The notes beneath the pieces are model-generated. The model made no database searches. It was not told where the DNA came from and saw only the letters and a program-made list of their open reading frames with translations. A DNA stretch of 64,000 nt. Source: an uncultured bacterium. GTDB taxonomy: Bacteria; Planctomycetota; SZUA-567; JAKLDR01. Shown here piece after piece: positions 20,788-29,101 of the stretch (positions within the stretch are counted from its first letter, which is position 1; every line of letters starts with the position of its first letter). The position numbers and the translations under genes are program-made. The stretch is from contig CBDUSI010000002.1 of NCBI GenBank assembly GCA_965370045.1, positions 5,207 through 69,206 on the forward strand, written 5' to 3'.

Positions 20788-21396
20788 ATGGCCGGGAAGC
20801 CCGGGAAGAAAAAGGCCAAGAAGAAAGCCAAGAAGAAGGCCAAGCGGGCCCCTCGCGGCAAGCCAGCCGAGAAGAAGGGCTGCTTGCGGATCGGGCTCAG
20901 GACTGTGGTCTTTCTCATCGTTCTCATGCTGGGAATGGTCCTAATCGCGACCTTGGCTATCGCCATACCCAGCCTGCTGGCCGCCCGGCGGCAGGACAAC
21001 CAGAGCGGGGCCAGCAGCTCTCTGCATGCCTACGCCTCAGCTCAGACCATCTACAAGAAGGAGAAAGGGACTTATGCGGATTCGCTGCCCGCTCTGCGAG
21101 AGAAGGAATCCCCGCTGCTCAGCGCCGAGTTCGCCGCTGCCCACCGCCCCGGCGGCAAGCCCAGGAAGGGTTACCTTTTCATGGAGCCGACAAGCATAGG
21201 CGGCAGGAAGATCGACTGGAAGAAGGATTTCGCGCTGTGCGCCTGGCCAGTCTCCCACGGCCGCAGCGGCTATCTTACTATGATCGTGACAACGGACGGC
21301 GTCGTCTGGGCCAAGGACTTGAAGAAAGACAAGACCGGACCGCTGGAGGACTTTCCCTCCAATCCCCTAGAGGCGGGCTGGATGATTGCGGAGTGA
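20788..21396 (+). CDS. Pilin-like / DUF2950-like membrane-anchored protein 1
   Basis: Lys-rich N-terminus, TM helix, IAIPSLLAARR; GYLF and FALCAWP..GRSG..T.IV..DGVVW.KD. Confidence 0.75.
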   Translation: MAGKPGKKKAKKKAKKKAKRAPRGKPAEKKGCLRIGLRTVVFLIVLMLGMVLIATLAIAIPSLLAARRQDNQSGASSSLHAYASAQTIYKKEKGTYADSLPALREKESPLLSAEFAAAHRPGGKPRKGYLFMEPTSIGGRKIDWKKDFALCAWPVSHGRSGYLTMIVTTDGVVWAKDLKKDKTGPLEDFPSNPLEAGWMIAE

Positions 21397-21400
21397 GACC

Positions 21401-21994
21401 ATGACTGAAGCTGAGACAACACCGGGGAAGAGCCGAGCACTCAGAGGGGCGCTCTGGATTCTGGTGATCCTCCTCTCCGGGGGAACGATTGCCGCGGTTA
21501 TCAGCATCTCATTGTTACGGTCACGACGCAACACCGTAGCTATGCGCGCCCACTTGGAGATCAACTCGGTAGGCTCTATGCGCGCCTACGCCGAGGCCCA
21601 AGCCATGTTCCACAGTGAACGCTTTCAACGCGGCGGAACGCTGGGGTACGCAACGCCCTACACCCTGCTCAAGTCTCACCTGGACGGCAGCGGCCAGAGC
21701 ATCGACCTAATCGACACGGCCTTCGCCGCCGCCGAGGGCCCGGGCGCACCACCCAAGCACGGCTACGTCTTCTTGGACATGAAGACCATCGGCGGGGAGC
21801 CCATCAACTGGGTGGACGACTTCGCCCTCTGCGGAACGCCCGCGAGGTACGGCAAGACCGGCTGCCGGACTTTCATCGTCAAGACCGGCGGCACCGTCTG
21901 GGGCAAGGATCTGGGCGAAAGCCGGCTGCTGACCGACTTCCCCAACGACATCGAGAGCCAGGGTTGGAAGAAGGTCGAGGCCGAGCGTGACTGA
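21401..21994 (+). CDS. Pilin-like / DUF2950-like protein 2
   Basis: TM helix; NSVGSMRAYAEAQ, PKHGYVF and YGKTGCRTFIV motifs. Confidence 0.75.
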   Translation: MTEAETTPGKSRALRGALWILVILLSGGTIAAVISISLLRSRRNTVAMRAHLEINSVGSMRAYAEAQAMFHSERFQRGGTLGYATPYTLLKSHLDGSGQSIDLIDTAFAAAEGPGAPPKHGYVFLDMKTIGGEPINWVDDFALCGTPARYGKTGCRTFIVKTGGTVWGKDLGESRLLTDFPNDIESQGWKKVEAERD

Positions 21995-22562
21995 GTCCGA
22001 GGCCCCCGCACGACCGCCTGGCGACGGCAAGAAGGCCCTCGGGGCCCTTATCGGCACGCTGGGCGTCCTGGTCATTCTGGGGGCCATCGGCGCGCTGGCC
22101 TTCTCCTGGTACGTGAGGCGCCAGCGCGAGCGGGAAGTGGTCGGGCTGATGTGGTCCTATGCCGAGGCCCAGGTCATGTACCACCGCAACGACTGGGTCG
22201 GCAGCGGCACCCTCGGTGTGCTGGAGTACGCCACGCCCTACACGCTGCTCAACACCCAGAACGATAACACCGGAACCCCCATCGACCTCGTTGACTCAAC
22301 CTTCGCCGCCGCGCGCGGCGAGGACGGGATTCCCAAGCACGGCTACCTCTTCATGGACATGAACGCCATCGGCGGAGTGGTCTTCAACTGGGTCGACGAC
22401 TTCGGCTTGTGTGCCACTCCGGCCTACTACGGCCGGGCCTACCGGCGGACCTTCATCGTGTGCACCAACGGCACGGTTTTCTACAAAGACCTGGGCGAAA
22501 GCCGGTTCGTCACCGACTATCCCGCAGACCCCACCGCCGCCGGCTGGGTGATCGCCGAGTGA
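21987..22562 (+). CDS. Pilin-like / DUF2950-like protein 3
   Basis: TM helix; YAEAQVMYHRNDW, PKHGYLF and RTFIV motifs. Confidence 0.75.
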   Translation: MTESEAPARPPGDGKKALGALIGTLGVLVILGAIGALAFSWYVRRQREREVVGLMWSYAEAQVMYHRNDWVGSGTLGVLEYATPYTLLNTQNDNTGTPIDLVDSTFAAARGEDGIPKHGYLFMDMNAIGGVVFNWVDDFGLCATPAYYGRAYRRTFIVCTNGTVFYKDLGESRFVTDYPADPTAAGWVIAE

Positions 22563-22593
22563 GCCGCCGCCGGCTTCCCCCTTCGGGAATACC

Positions 22594-22622
22594 TTGCCGC
22601 CGGGCGGGGCCCCGGGTACAAT
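22594..22622 (+). promoter_or_regulatory. Putative sigma70 promoter upstream of the fourth pilin-like gene and the tpiA block
   Basis: TTGCCG-N17-TACAAT followed by a GGAGG RBS. Confidence 0.55.
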
Positions 22623-22657
22623 AGCGCGGTCGTCAGTTAGATAGATGGAGGTAGAGA

Positions 22658-23242
22658 ATGGCTAACGGAGAAGAACCCAAGAAGAGCAACGTCCTGCTCT
22701 GGGTGGTGCTGGGCTGCGGGGGCGTGCTGGCGCTGGTGGCTGTCGTGTCCATCGTCGCGGCCATCGCCATACCCAGCCTGATGCGCGCGCGACGCACCAC
22801 CCTGGAGGTCAACTCGGTCGGCTCCATGCGCGCCTACGCCGAGGCCCAGGTCATGTTCCACCGCAACGACTGGCCCGGCAGCGGCACCCCCGGCGTGCTG
22901 GAATACGCCACCCCCTACACGTTGCTCAGCACTCAGGTCGACGCCAACGGCCTGCCCATTGACCTTATCGACGCGGCCTTCGCCGGCGCCGCGGGCGTGG
23001 GCGCACCACCCAAGCACGGGTACGTATTCAAGGACATGGCCACCATCGGCGGGGTGCCCATCAATTGGGTGGACGACTTCGGCCTCAGCGGCCTGCCCTC
23101 CACCTACGGGCGCACCGGCTACCGGACCTTCATCATCAATACCCAAAGCACGGTGTTCGGCACGGACCAGGGGCGCGGCGGAACCTTCGTGGCGGACTAC
23201 CCCAACGACACCGTGGCAGCCGGCTGGATAATAGCGGAGTAG
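22658..23242 (+). CDS. Pilin-like / DUF2950-like protein 4
   Basis: IVAAIAIPSLMRAR pilin-type helix; PKHGYVF and YGRTGYRTFII motifs. Confidence 0.8.
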   Translation: MANGEEPKKSNVLLWVVLGCGGVLALVAVVSIVAAIAIPSLMRARRTTLEVNSVGSMRAYAEAQVMFHRNDWPGSGTPGVLEYATPYTLLSTQVDANGLPIDLIDAAFAGAAGVGAPPKHGYVFKDMATIGGVPINWVDDFGLSGLPSTYGRTGYRTFIINTQSTVFGTDQGRGGTFVADYPNDTVAAGWIIAE

Positions 23243-23280
23243 ATTCCCGGAAAGAAGACGAGGGACGGAGGACCGACTTC

Positions 23281-24033
23281 ATGCGTCGCAAGTTCGTGGC
23301 CGGCAACTGGAAGATGAACAAGACTGGCGAGGAGGGCGCGGGCCTGGTCAAGGAACTCGTCCAGGCGCTGGCCGACACCGACAGCGCCGACGTGGCCGTC
23401 TGCCCGCCATTCACCGCGTTGAGCGCGGTGGCCGCCGAGCTCCGGGGGTCGCGCATCGAGCTCGGTGCTCAGAATATGCACGCCGAGAGCTCCGGGGCCT
23501 TCACCGCGGAGATCAGCGCCGGGATGCTGCTGGCCGCCGGCTGCAAATACGTTATCCTGGGCCATTCCGAGCGCCGCGGTCTCTTCGGCGAGACCGACGA
23601 GATGGTCAACCGCAAGCTGCACGCCGCGCTGGAGGCCGGCCTCTCGCCGATCGTCTGCGTGGGCGAGAAGCTCGACGAGCGCGAGGCCGGCCGCACCGAG
23701 GAGGTGGTCTCCGGCCAGGTCCGGAAATCCCTTGCGGAACTCGACGCCAAGGATATGATCAAGGTAACCGTGGCCTACGAGCCGGTCTGGGCCATCGGCA
23801 CCGGCAAGAACGCCACCCCGGACGAGGCCCAGAAGGTCCACGCGGGAATCCGCACGCTGCTGGCCGACACCTTCGGGAAGGCCTGCGCCGAGGCCGTGCG
23901 CATCCAGTACGGCGGCAGCGTCAAGCCGGCCAACGCCAAGGCCATACTGGCGCAGGCCGACGTGGACGGAGCGCTGGTCGGCGGCGCGAGCCTCAAGGCC
24001 GCGGACTTCGCGGCCATCGTGTGCGCCGGATAG
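23281..24033 (+). CDS. tpiA: Triosephosphate isomerase
   Basis: AGNWKMN, GHSERR, AYEPVWAIGTG and YGGSV motifs. Confidence 0.97.
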   Translation: MRRKFVAGNWKMNKTGEEGAGLVKELVQALADTDSADVAVCPPFTALSAVAAELRGSRIELGAQNMHAESSGAFTAEISAGMLLAAGCKYVILGHSERRGLFGETDEMVNRKLHAALEAGLSPIVCVGEKLDEREAGRTEEVVSGQVRKSLAELDAKDMIKVTVAYEPVWAIGTGKNATPDEAQKVHAGIRTLLADTFGKACAEAVRIQYGGSVKPANAKAILAQADVDGALVGGASLKAADFAAIVCAG

Positions 24034-24058
24034 GGTCTGAAGCTGGAGGCACCCTGAA

Positions 24059-24580
24059 GTGAAATCGTTCCTGTTGATAAGCGCCGGAGTCGTCTACGGC
24101 ATCACCGCGCTGTTGCTCCTGGGCGCGGTGCTCCTGCAGGAGTCCAAGGGCGGGGGCCTGGCCGCGCTGGGCGGCACCCGCGCGGAGGGCGCCTTCGGGG
24201 CCTCGAACCCCCTGCGGCGGCTCACCGTGGTGCTCTCGATCATCTTCTTCCTGCTGGCCTCGGTTCTCTCCCTGGCCCTCGCGCCCAAGGGCAGCGCCAC
24301 CAAGGGTCGCGACAAGCCGCCGCCGGCCGACGGCGGGGAAAAGGACGGGGAAAAGGACAAGGACGACAAGGACGACAAGGACGACAAGGACGACAAGGGC
24401 AAGAAGGGCGTCGAGGTAGAGGCGCCCATCAAGGACGGCGATAAGAAGCCTCCCCCGCTTCCCAAGGATGGCAAGAAGCCCGCGCCGGAAGCACCCAAGA
24501 AGGATGAAGCCAAGCCCGGCGAGAAAGCTCCGGCCGAGAAACCCGCCGGGAAGCCGGAAAAGAACCCCCCCGCCGGCTGA
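24059..24580 (+). CDS. secG: Preprotein translocase subunit SecG with a long low-complexity tail
   Basis: VLLQESKGGGLAALGG...L.RLT with two TMs, directly after tpiA. Confidence 0.85.
   Translation: MKSFLLISAGVVYGITALLLLGAVLLQESKGGGLAALGGTRAEGAFGASNPLRRLTVVLSIIFFLLASVLSLALAPKGSATKGRDKPPPADGGEKDGEKDKDDKDDKDDKDDKGKKGVEVEAPIKDGDKKPPPLPKDGKKPAPEAPKKDEAKPGEKAPAEKPAGKPEKNPPAG
24334..24397 (+). repeat. In-frame 12-nt and 9-nt tandem repeats in the secG tail (GEKD x2, DDK x4)
   Basis: ggggaaaaggac x2 followed by aaggacgac x4. Confidence 0.8.
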
Positions 24581-24593
24581 GCTGAAACCTCCC

Positions 24594-25520
24594 GTGGCCA
24601 GGCGCAAGCCCAAGTCCCGCAAGTCTCTTCCCGTCGAGAGCATGACCGGCTTCGGCGCCGCCGGCGCCCGCGCTGGCGGCTTCCGCGCCGAGGTGGAGAT
24701 GCGCGCGGTCAACGGCCGCTACCTCTCGCTCAAGGTCCGCCTGCCCGCGGAGTACGCCTCCCTGGAGGAGGATATCCGCCGGCATCTCAATGGTGAGCTG
24801 GGCCGCGGCAACGCGGAGCTCCGCGCCGAAATATACCCGGACGGCGCAGCCGGGTCGATGGAGATCGATCCCGGGCGCGTCGAGGCCTACGTCCGCAACT
24901 GGCGAAAGCTGGCCCGCCGGCTGAAGATCGAGGGCGATCTGCGCCTGGAGGTCCTGGCGGCCATGCCCCAGGTTTTCGCCCCGCCCCGCGAGCGCGCCGC
25001 GGCCCGCCGGGCGCGCGCCGCGCTTTCGGCGGCGACCAGGGACGCGCTCGAGAAGCTCAAGGCCATGCGCCGCCGGGAGGGCGCCGCGCTGGTCCGCAGC
25101 CTGGAGCGGGACCTGGGGGCCATCGAGCGGCTGCGCGGGCGCCTGGCCCGGCGCGCCCCCCAGGCGGTCAAGGTGCTGGTGTCCCGCACTGCGGAGCGGG
25201 TCGAGAAGCTGCTGGCGCGCTCCGCGGCCGCGACCGCGGGGGTCCGCGAGGAGGACCGCGCCCGGGAGCTGGCCTGGTGGGCGGACCGTTCCGACGTCTC
25301 CGAGGAGATCGACCGCCTGGCCAGCCACCTGGGGCAGTTCCGGACGGCGCTGGCCCGCGGCGGGCCGGTCGGCAAGCGCCTGGACTTCCTGGTCCAGGAG
25401 ATGCACCGCGAGGTCAACACCATCGGCTCCAAGGGCTCGGACACCGAGCTCTCCGGTCTGGTGGTGGAGGTCAAGCTCCAGATCGAGAAGCTCCGCGAGC
25501 AGGTCCAGAACCTGCTCTAG
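24594..25520 (+). CDS. yicC: YicC/YloC family endoribonuclease
   Basis: SMTGFG, VNGRYL, DVSEEIDRL and GKRLDFLVQEMHREVNTIGSK motifs. Confidence 0.92.
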   Translation: MARRKPKSRKSLPVESMTGFGAAGARAGGFRAEVEMRAVNGRYLSLKVRLPAEYASLEEDIRRHLNGELGRGNAELRAEIYPDGAAGSMEIDPGRVEAYVRNWRKLARRLKIEGDLRLEVLAAMPQVFAPPRERAAARRARAALSAATRDALEKLKAMRRREGAALVRSLERDLGAIERLRGRLARRAPQAVKVLVSRTAERVEKLLARSAAATAGVREEDRARELAWWADRSDVSEEIDRLASHLGQFRTALARGGPVGKRLDFLVQEMHREVNTIGSKGSDTELSGLVVEVKLQIEKLREQVQNLL

Positions 25521-25537
25521 GATAGGAAGCTGGAACC

Positions 25538-26179
25538 TTGGCGCCCGAAGAGCCCCGACCTCCCGACGGACTGCTCCTGGTGGTCTCCGGTCCCGGGGGC
25601 GCGGGCAAGAGCACGCTCTGCCAGCGGCTGGCCGCCGAAGGAGAGGACATCGCGCTGAGCGTCTCGACCACCACCAGAGAGCCGCGCCCCGGAGAGGTCG
25701 ACGGTCAGCACTATTTCTTCACCTCGCGCGAGGAGTTCGAACGCGACGCGGCCGCCGGGCGGTTTGCCGAGCACGCCGAGGTGGCCGGCGACCTCTACGG
25801 CACGCCGCGGGAGTTCCTGGACGCCAAGCTGGCCGCCGGGGTCGACGTGGTCCTGGACATCGACGTGCAGGGCGCCGCCGGGGTGCGCGCGGCCTACGGG
25901 GAGCGCGCCGTGTCCGTCTTCCTGCTGCCGCCGGGCCGCGCGGTCCTGGAGGAGAGGCTCCGCGGCCGCAGCACCGACAGCGAGGCGCGCATCGCCGAGC
26001 GCCTGGAGCTGGCCGAACGGGAGATTGAATCCGCGCGCTCCGAGGAGTACAATTACCTGGTGATCAATGATCGCCTGGAGGACGCGCTCGCCGGCCTGGC
26101 AGCCGTCCGCCGGGCGGAACACGACCGCATCGCACGAAGGGGGAGCAGAGCAGCATGGGATTTGAAAACCTGGACATAG
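25538..26179 (+). CDS. gmk: Guanylate kinase
   Basis: SGPGGAGKST, SVSTTTREPRPGE and DIDVQGA motifs. Confidence 0.95.
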   Translation: MAPEEPRPPDGLLLVVSGPGGAGKSTLCQRLAAEGEDIALSVSTTTREPRPGEVDGQHYFFTSREEFERDAAAGRFAEHAEVAGDLYGTPREFLDAKLAAGVDVVLDIDVQGAAGVRAAYGERAVSVFLLPPGRAVLEERLRGRSTDSEARIAERLELAEREIESARSEEYNYLVINDRLEDALAGLAAVRRAEHDRIARRGSRAAWDLKTWT

Positions 26180-26514
26180 AGCTCCTGGCCGAGAAGGCCG
26201 GGGGGCGCATCAAGTCCGCTTCGCTTGTCCAGAAGCGCATCCGCGAGCTGGAGCGCGGCTGGCCGTCGTTGCTGGCCACCACCGAGCGGGACCTGATCCA
26301 GGTCGCTCTCAGGGAGTTCACCGCTGACAAGATATGGCTGGTCAGCGGCGACGAGGCCGCCGAGCTTCGCGACCAGCGGCTGATCGAGGAGCACGAGCGG
26401 GCCCGCGCCGTGGAGACCGCCCGCCGGGCCACCGACCTGGCGGCCGGAACCGCGCCGAGCATCCCCCGACCGGGACTGGGCGGAGCGCTGGGGCTCGGGG
26501 CTCAGAAGCCCTAG
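26155..26514 (+). CDS. rpoZ: RNA polymerase subunit omega
   Basis: Lies between gmk and coaBC; GGR.K..SLVQKRIREL...VALRE motif. Confidence 0.8.
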   Translation: MGFENLDIELLAEKAGGRIKSASLVQKRIRELERGWPSLLATTERDLIQVALREFTADKIWLVSGDEAAELRDQRLIEEHERARAVETARRATDLAAGTAPSIPRPGLGGALGLGAQKP

Positions 26515-26527
26515 CCTGCGTCCGAAC

Positions 26528-27112
26528 ATGCTCAAGGGCCGCCGGATAATCCTGGGCGTCACCGGAGGCATCGCCGCCTACAAGGCGGCGGACCTGACCA
26601 GCAAGCTGGTCGCCGGCGGCGCCGAGGTCCGTTGCGTCCTCACCGAGTCGGCGACGCAGTTCGTGACCCCGCTGACCTTCCAGTCGCTCTCCGGCAACCC
26701 GGTGGCCGCCGACACCTTCGACCGTTCGGTCGACGCGTACCCGCACCTGGCCCTGGCCGATTGGGGCGAGGTTCTGGTCGTGGCCCCGGCCACGGCCAAC
26801 ATCCTGGGCAAGGCCGCCGCGGGCATCGCTGACGACGTGCTCACCACGGCGCTGCTTTCCTTCCCGGGTCCGGTGCTCTTCGCCCCGGCGATGAACGTCA
26901 AGATGTGGGAACACCCGGCGGTGGCCGAGAACGTTGAAACCCTGCTGGCCCGCGGCGCGAACTTCGCGGGACCGGGACGCGGGCGGCTGGCCTGCGGCCA
27001 AGTCGGAGTGGGGCGCATGGCCGAGGTCCCGGAGATCATCGAAGCCATCGGGAGCCTCCTGCCGGGAAAGGACAAGAACAAGGAGAAGGGGAGGCGGAGG
27101 CGCAAGACTTGA
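26528..27112 (+). CDS. coaC: Phosphopantothenoylcysteine decarboxylase
   Basis: GVTGGIAAYK, APATAN, PAMN and LACG.VG.GRM motifs. Confidence 0.9.
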   Translation: MLKGRRIILGVTGGIAAYKAADLTSKLVAGGAEVRCVLTESATQFVTPLTFQSLSGNPVAADTFDRSVDAYPHLALADWGEVLVVAPATANILGKAAAGIADDVLTTALLSFPGPVLFAPAMNVKMWEHPAVAENVETLLARGANFAGPGRGRLACGQVGVGRMAEVPEIIEAIGSLLPGKDKNKEKGRRRRKT

Positions 27113-27786
27113 AGCTGCTGGTGACCGCCGGTCCCACCTGCGAAGATATTGACGAGGTCCGCTACCTGACCAATCGCTCCACCGGGAAGATGGGCTGTGC
27201 CGTGGCTGCCGTGGCCGCGGAGCGCGGGCATCAGGTGCTGCTGGTCTGCGGCCCGACGCATCATCCTGTGCCCCAAGGGGTTGCGGTTACGAATGTGCGC
27301 AGCACCCGGGACATGCTGGAGGCCTGCCTGGGCCTCTTCCCGGACTGCGCCGCCATGGTGGCCGCCGCCGCGGTGGCCGACTACCGGCCTGCCGGGCCGG
27401 CGGGCGGCAAGCTCAAGAAATCCGAGGGGGACCTGGTCCTGCGCCTGGAACGCAACCCTGATATTGCCAAGGAGTTAGCCAAGGCCAAGCGTCCTGGGCA
27501 GGTCATCGTCGGGTTCGCTTTGGAGGCCACTAATATATCTGAATCTCGCTCCAGTGCGGAGGCCAAGCTGGCCGATAAGAAACAGGACATGGCCGTGCTC
27601 AACGGCCCGGCGGCAATGGGTGCGGCCGGGGCGGAGGTGTCCTTCTTCACGCCGGAGGAGGGCTGGACCGAGCCGGAAGTCCTGGACAAGACCGCGGTGG
27701 CTTGTCGCATTGTCGACTACCTGGAAGCGAGGTTAAGCGAGCCCCATGAAGCTGACAGTGGAGGTCGCCCGCAGGGCAGGGACTGA
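27109..27786 (+). CDS. coaB: Phosphopantothenate-cysteine ligase
   Basis: VTAGPT.E.ID.VRY.TN.STGKMG, AAVADY, NPDI and GFALE motifs. Confidence 0.9.
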   Translation: MKLLVTAGPTCEDIDEVRYLTNRSTGKMGCAVAAVAAERGHQVLLVCGPTHHPVPQGVAVTNVRSTRDMLEACLGLFPDCAAMVAAAAVADYRPAGPAGGKLKKSEGDLVLRLERNPDIAKELAKAKRPGQVIVGFALEATNISESRSSAEAKLADKKQDMAVLNGPAAMGAAGAEVSFFTPEEGWTEPEVLDKTAVACRIVDYLEARLSEPHEADSGGRPQGRD

Positions 27787-28201
27787 AGACCTGCCGCTGC
27801 CCGCCTATCAGAGCGAACACGCCAGCGGCATGGATCTGCTCGCCGCGGTCGAGGAACCGCTGACCATCGAGCCGGGCAAGCGCGCGCTGGTTCCCACCGG
27901 CCTGTTCATCGCCGTGCCGCCCGGTTACGAGGCCCAGGTCCGGGCTCGCAGCGGGCTGACGATCAAGAAGGGCATCTGCGTCCTCAACGGTCCGGGAACG
28001 GTCGACGCTGACTACCGCGGCGAGGTCGGCGTGATCCTGGCCAACCTCGGCGACGAGTCCTTCACCATCGAGCGGGGCATGCGCATCGCGCAGATGGTCA
28101 TCGCCCCAGTGGTCCAGGTCGAGCTGCGCAAAGTGGAGAAGCTTCCCGACACCCAGCGCGGTGCCGGAGGTTTCGGCAGCTCGGGAGTGAAGGGCAGCTA
28201 G
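27746..28201 (+). CDS. dut: dUTP diphosphatase
   Basis: [22 protein letters not shown] and [10 protein letters not shown] motifs. Confidence 0.97.
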   Translation: MKLTVEVARRAGTEDLPLPAYQSEHASGMDLLAAVEEPLTIEPGKRALVPTGLFIAVPPGYEAQVRARSGLTIKKGICVLNGPGTVDADYRGEVGVILANLGDESFTIERGMRIAQMVIAPVVQVELRKVEKLPDTQRGAGGFGSSGVKGS

Positions 28202-28204
28202 ACG

Positions 28205-29095
28205 ATGAGCGTCTTCGCGGCTCTCCCCCTGCTGGCCGCCGCGGTCACGGAAAGCGGCCCGCCGGTCGCCGAGGGCATCGGCCTCTGGGAGGGCGTGTTC
28301 CTGGGCCTGGTGCAGGGCCTCACCGAGTTCATCCCGGTCTCTTCCAGCGGGCACCTGGCCGTGGGACACATGATCAAGGCGTGGTTGAGCGACGGTCCGG
28401 AAAGGGCCATGACCGCCGCCGAGTTGGCTTCCAACCGGGCCTTCGACGTGGCCGTGCACGCGGCCACGCTGCTCGTCATGCTGCTCTACTTCCGCGACGA
28501 GGTGCTGGCTATCATCAACAAGCGCCCCAAGCTCATCGGCCTGATCGTGCTGGGCTGCGTTCCCGCAGTGGCGGCGGGCCTGTTCGCGGGCTCCTGGTTC
28601 GAAAGCCTGGCGACCAGCGCCTACCTGGTGGGCGCGGCTTTCATGGTCAACGGGCTGTTCCTGATCGCCTCCAAGTTCTTCGGGATCGAGACCAAGCGCC
28701 TGGAGGATCTGCGCCCCTCCGACTCTCTCCTGGTGGGGCTGAGCCAGGCGGTGGCCATCACGCCCGGAATCAGCCGCTCGGGGATGACCATCACCAGCGG
28801 TCTGATCTGCGGGCTGCGCCGCAACGAGGCCTTCGTCTTCAGCTTCCTACTGGGCATGCCGGTAATCGCCGGGGCGGCGGCCTACAAGCTGAAGAGCATC
28901 GGGCAGCTGGCCGTTTCGGAGTCGTGGCTGGGCCTGGCCGGCGGCTTCGTGGCCGCGTTCCTTTCGGGATTGGTGGCAGTGTGGTTCCTGGCCAAGCTGG
29001 TCAAGCGCAGGAATCTGTTGCCCTTCGGACTCTACACCCTGGCGCTGGGATTGGTAATCATCGGCGTCAAGATCGCCCAAGCCATCTGGAGCTAG
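28205..29095 (+). CDS. uppP: Undecaprenyl-diphosphate phosphatase
   Basis: QGLTEFIPVSSSGHL and PGISRSG motifs. Confidence 0.95.
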   Translation: MSVFAALPLLAAAVTESGPPVAEGIGLWEGVFLGLVQGLTEFIPVSSSGHLAVGHMIKAWLSDGPERAMTAAELASNRAFDVAVHAATLLVMLLYFRDEVLAIINKRPKLIGLIVLGCVPAVAAGLFAGSWFESLATSAYLVGAAFMVNGLFLIASKFFGIETKRLEDLRPSDSLLVGLSQAVAITPGISRSGMTITSGLICGLRRNEAFVFSFLLGMPVIAGAAAYKLKSIGQLAVSESWLGLAGGFVAAFLSGLVAVWFLAKLVKRRNLLPFGLYTLALGLVIIGVKIAQAIWS

Positions 29096-29101
29096 TCCGC
29101 C

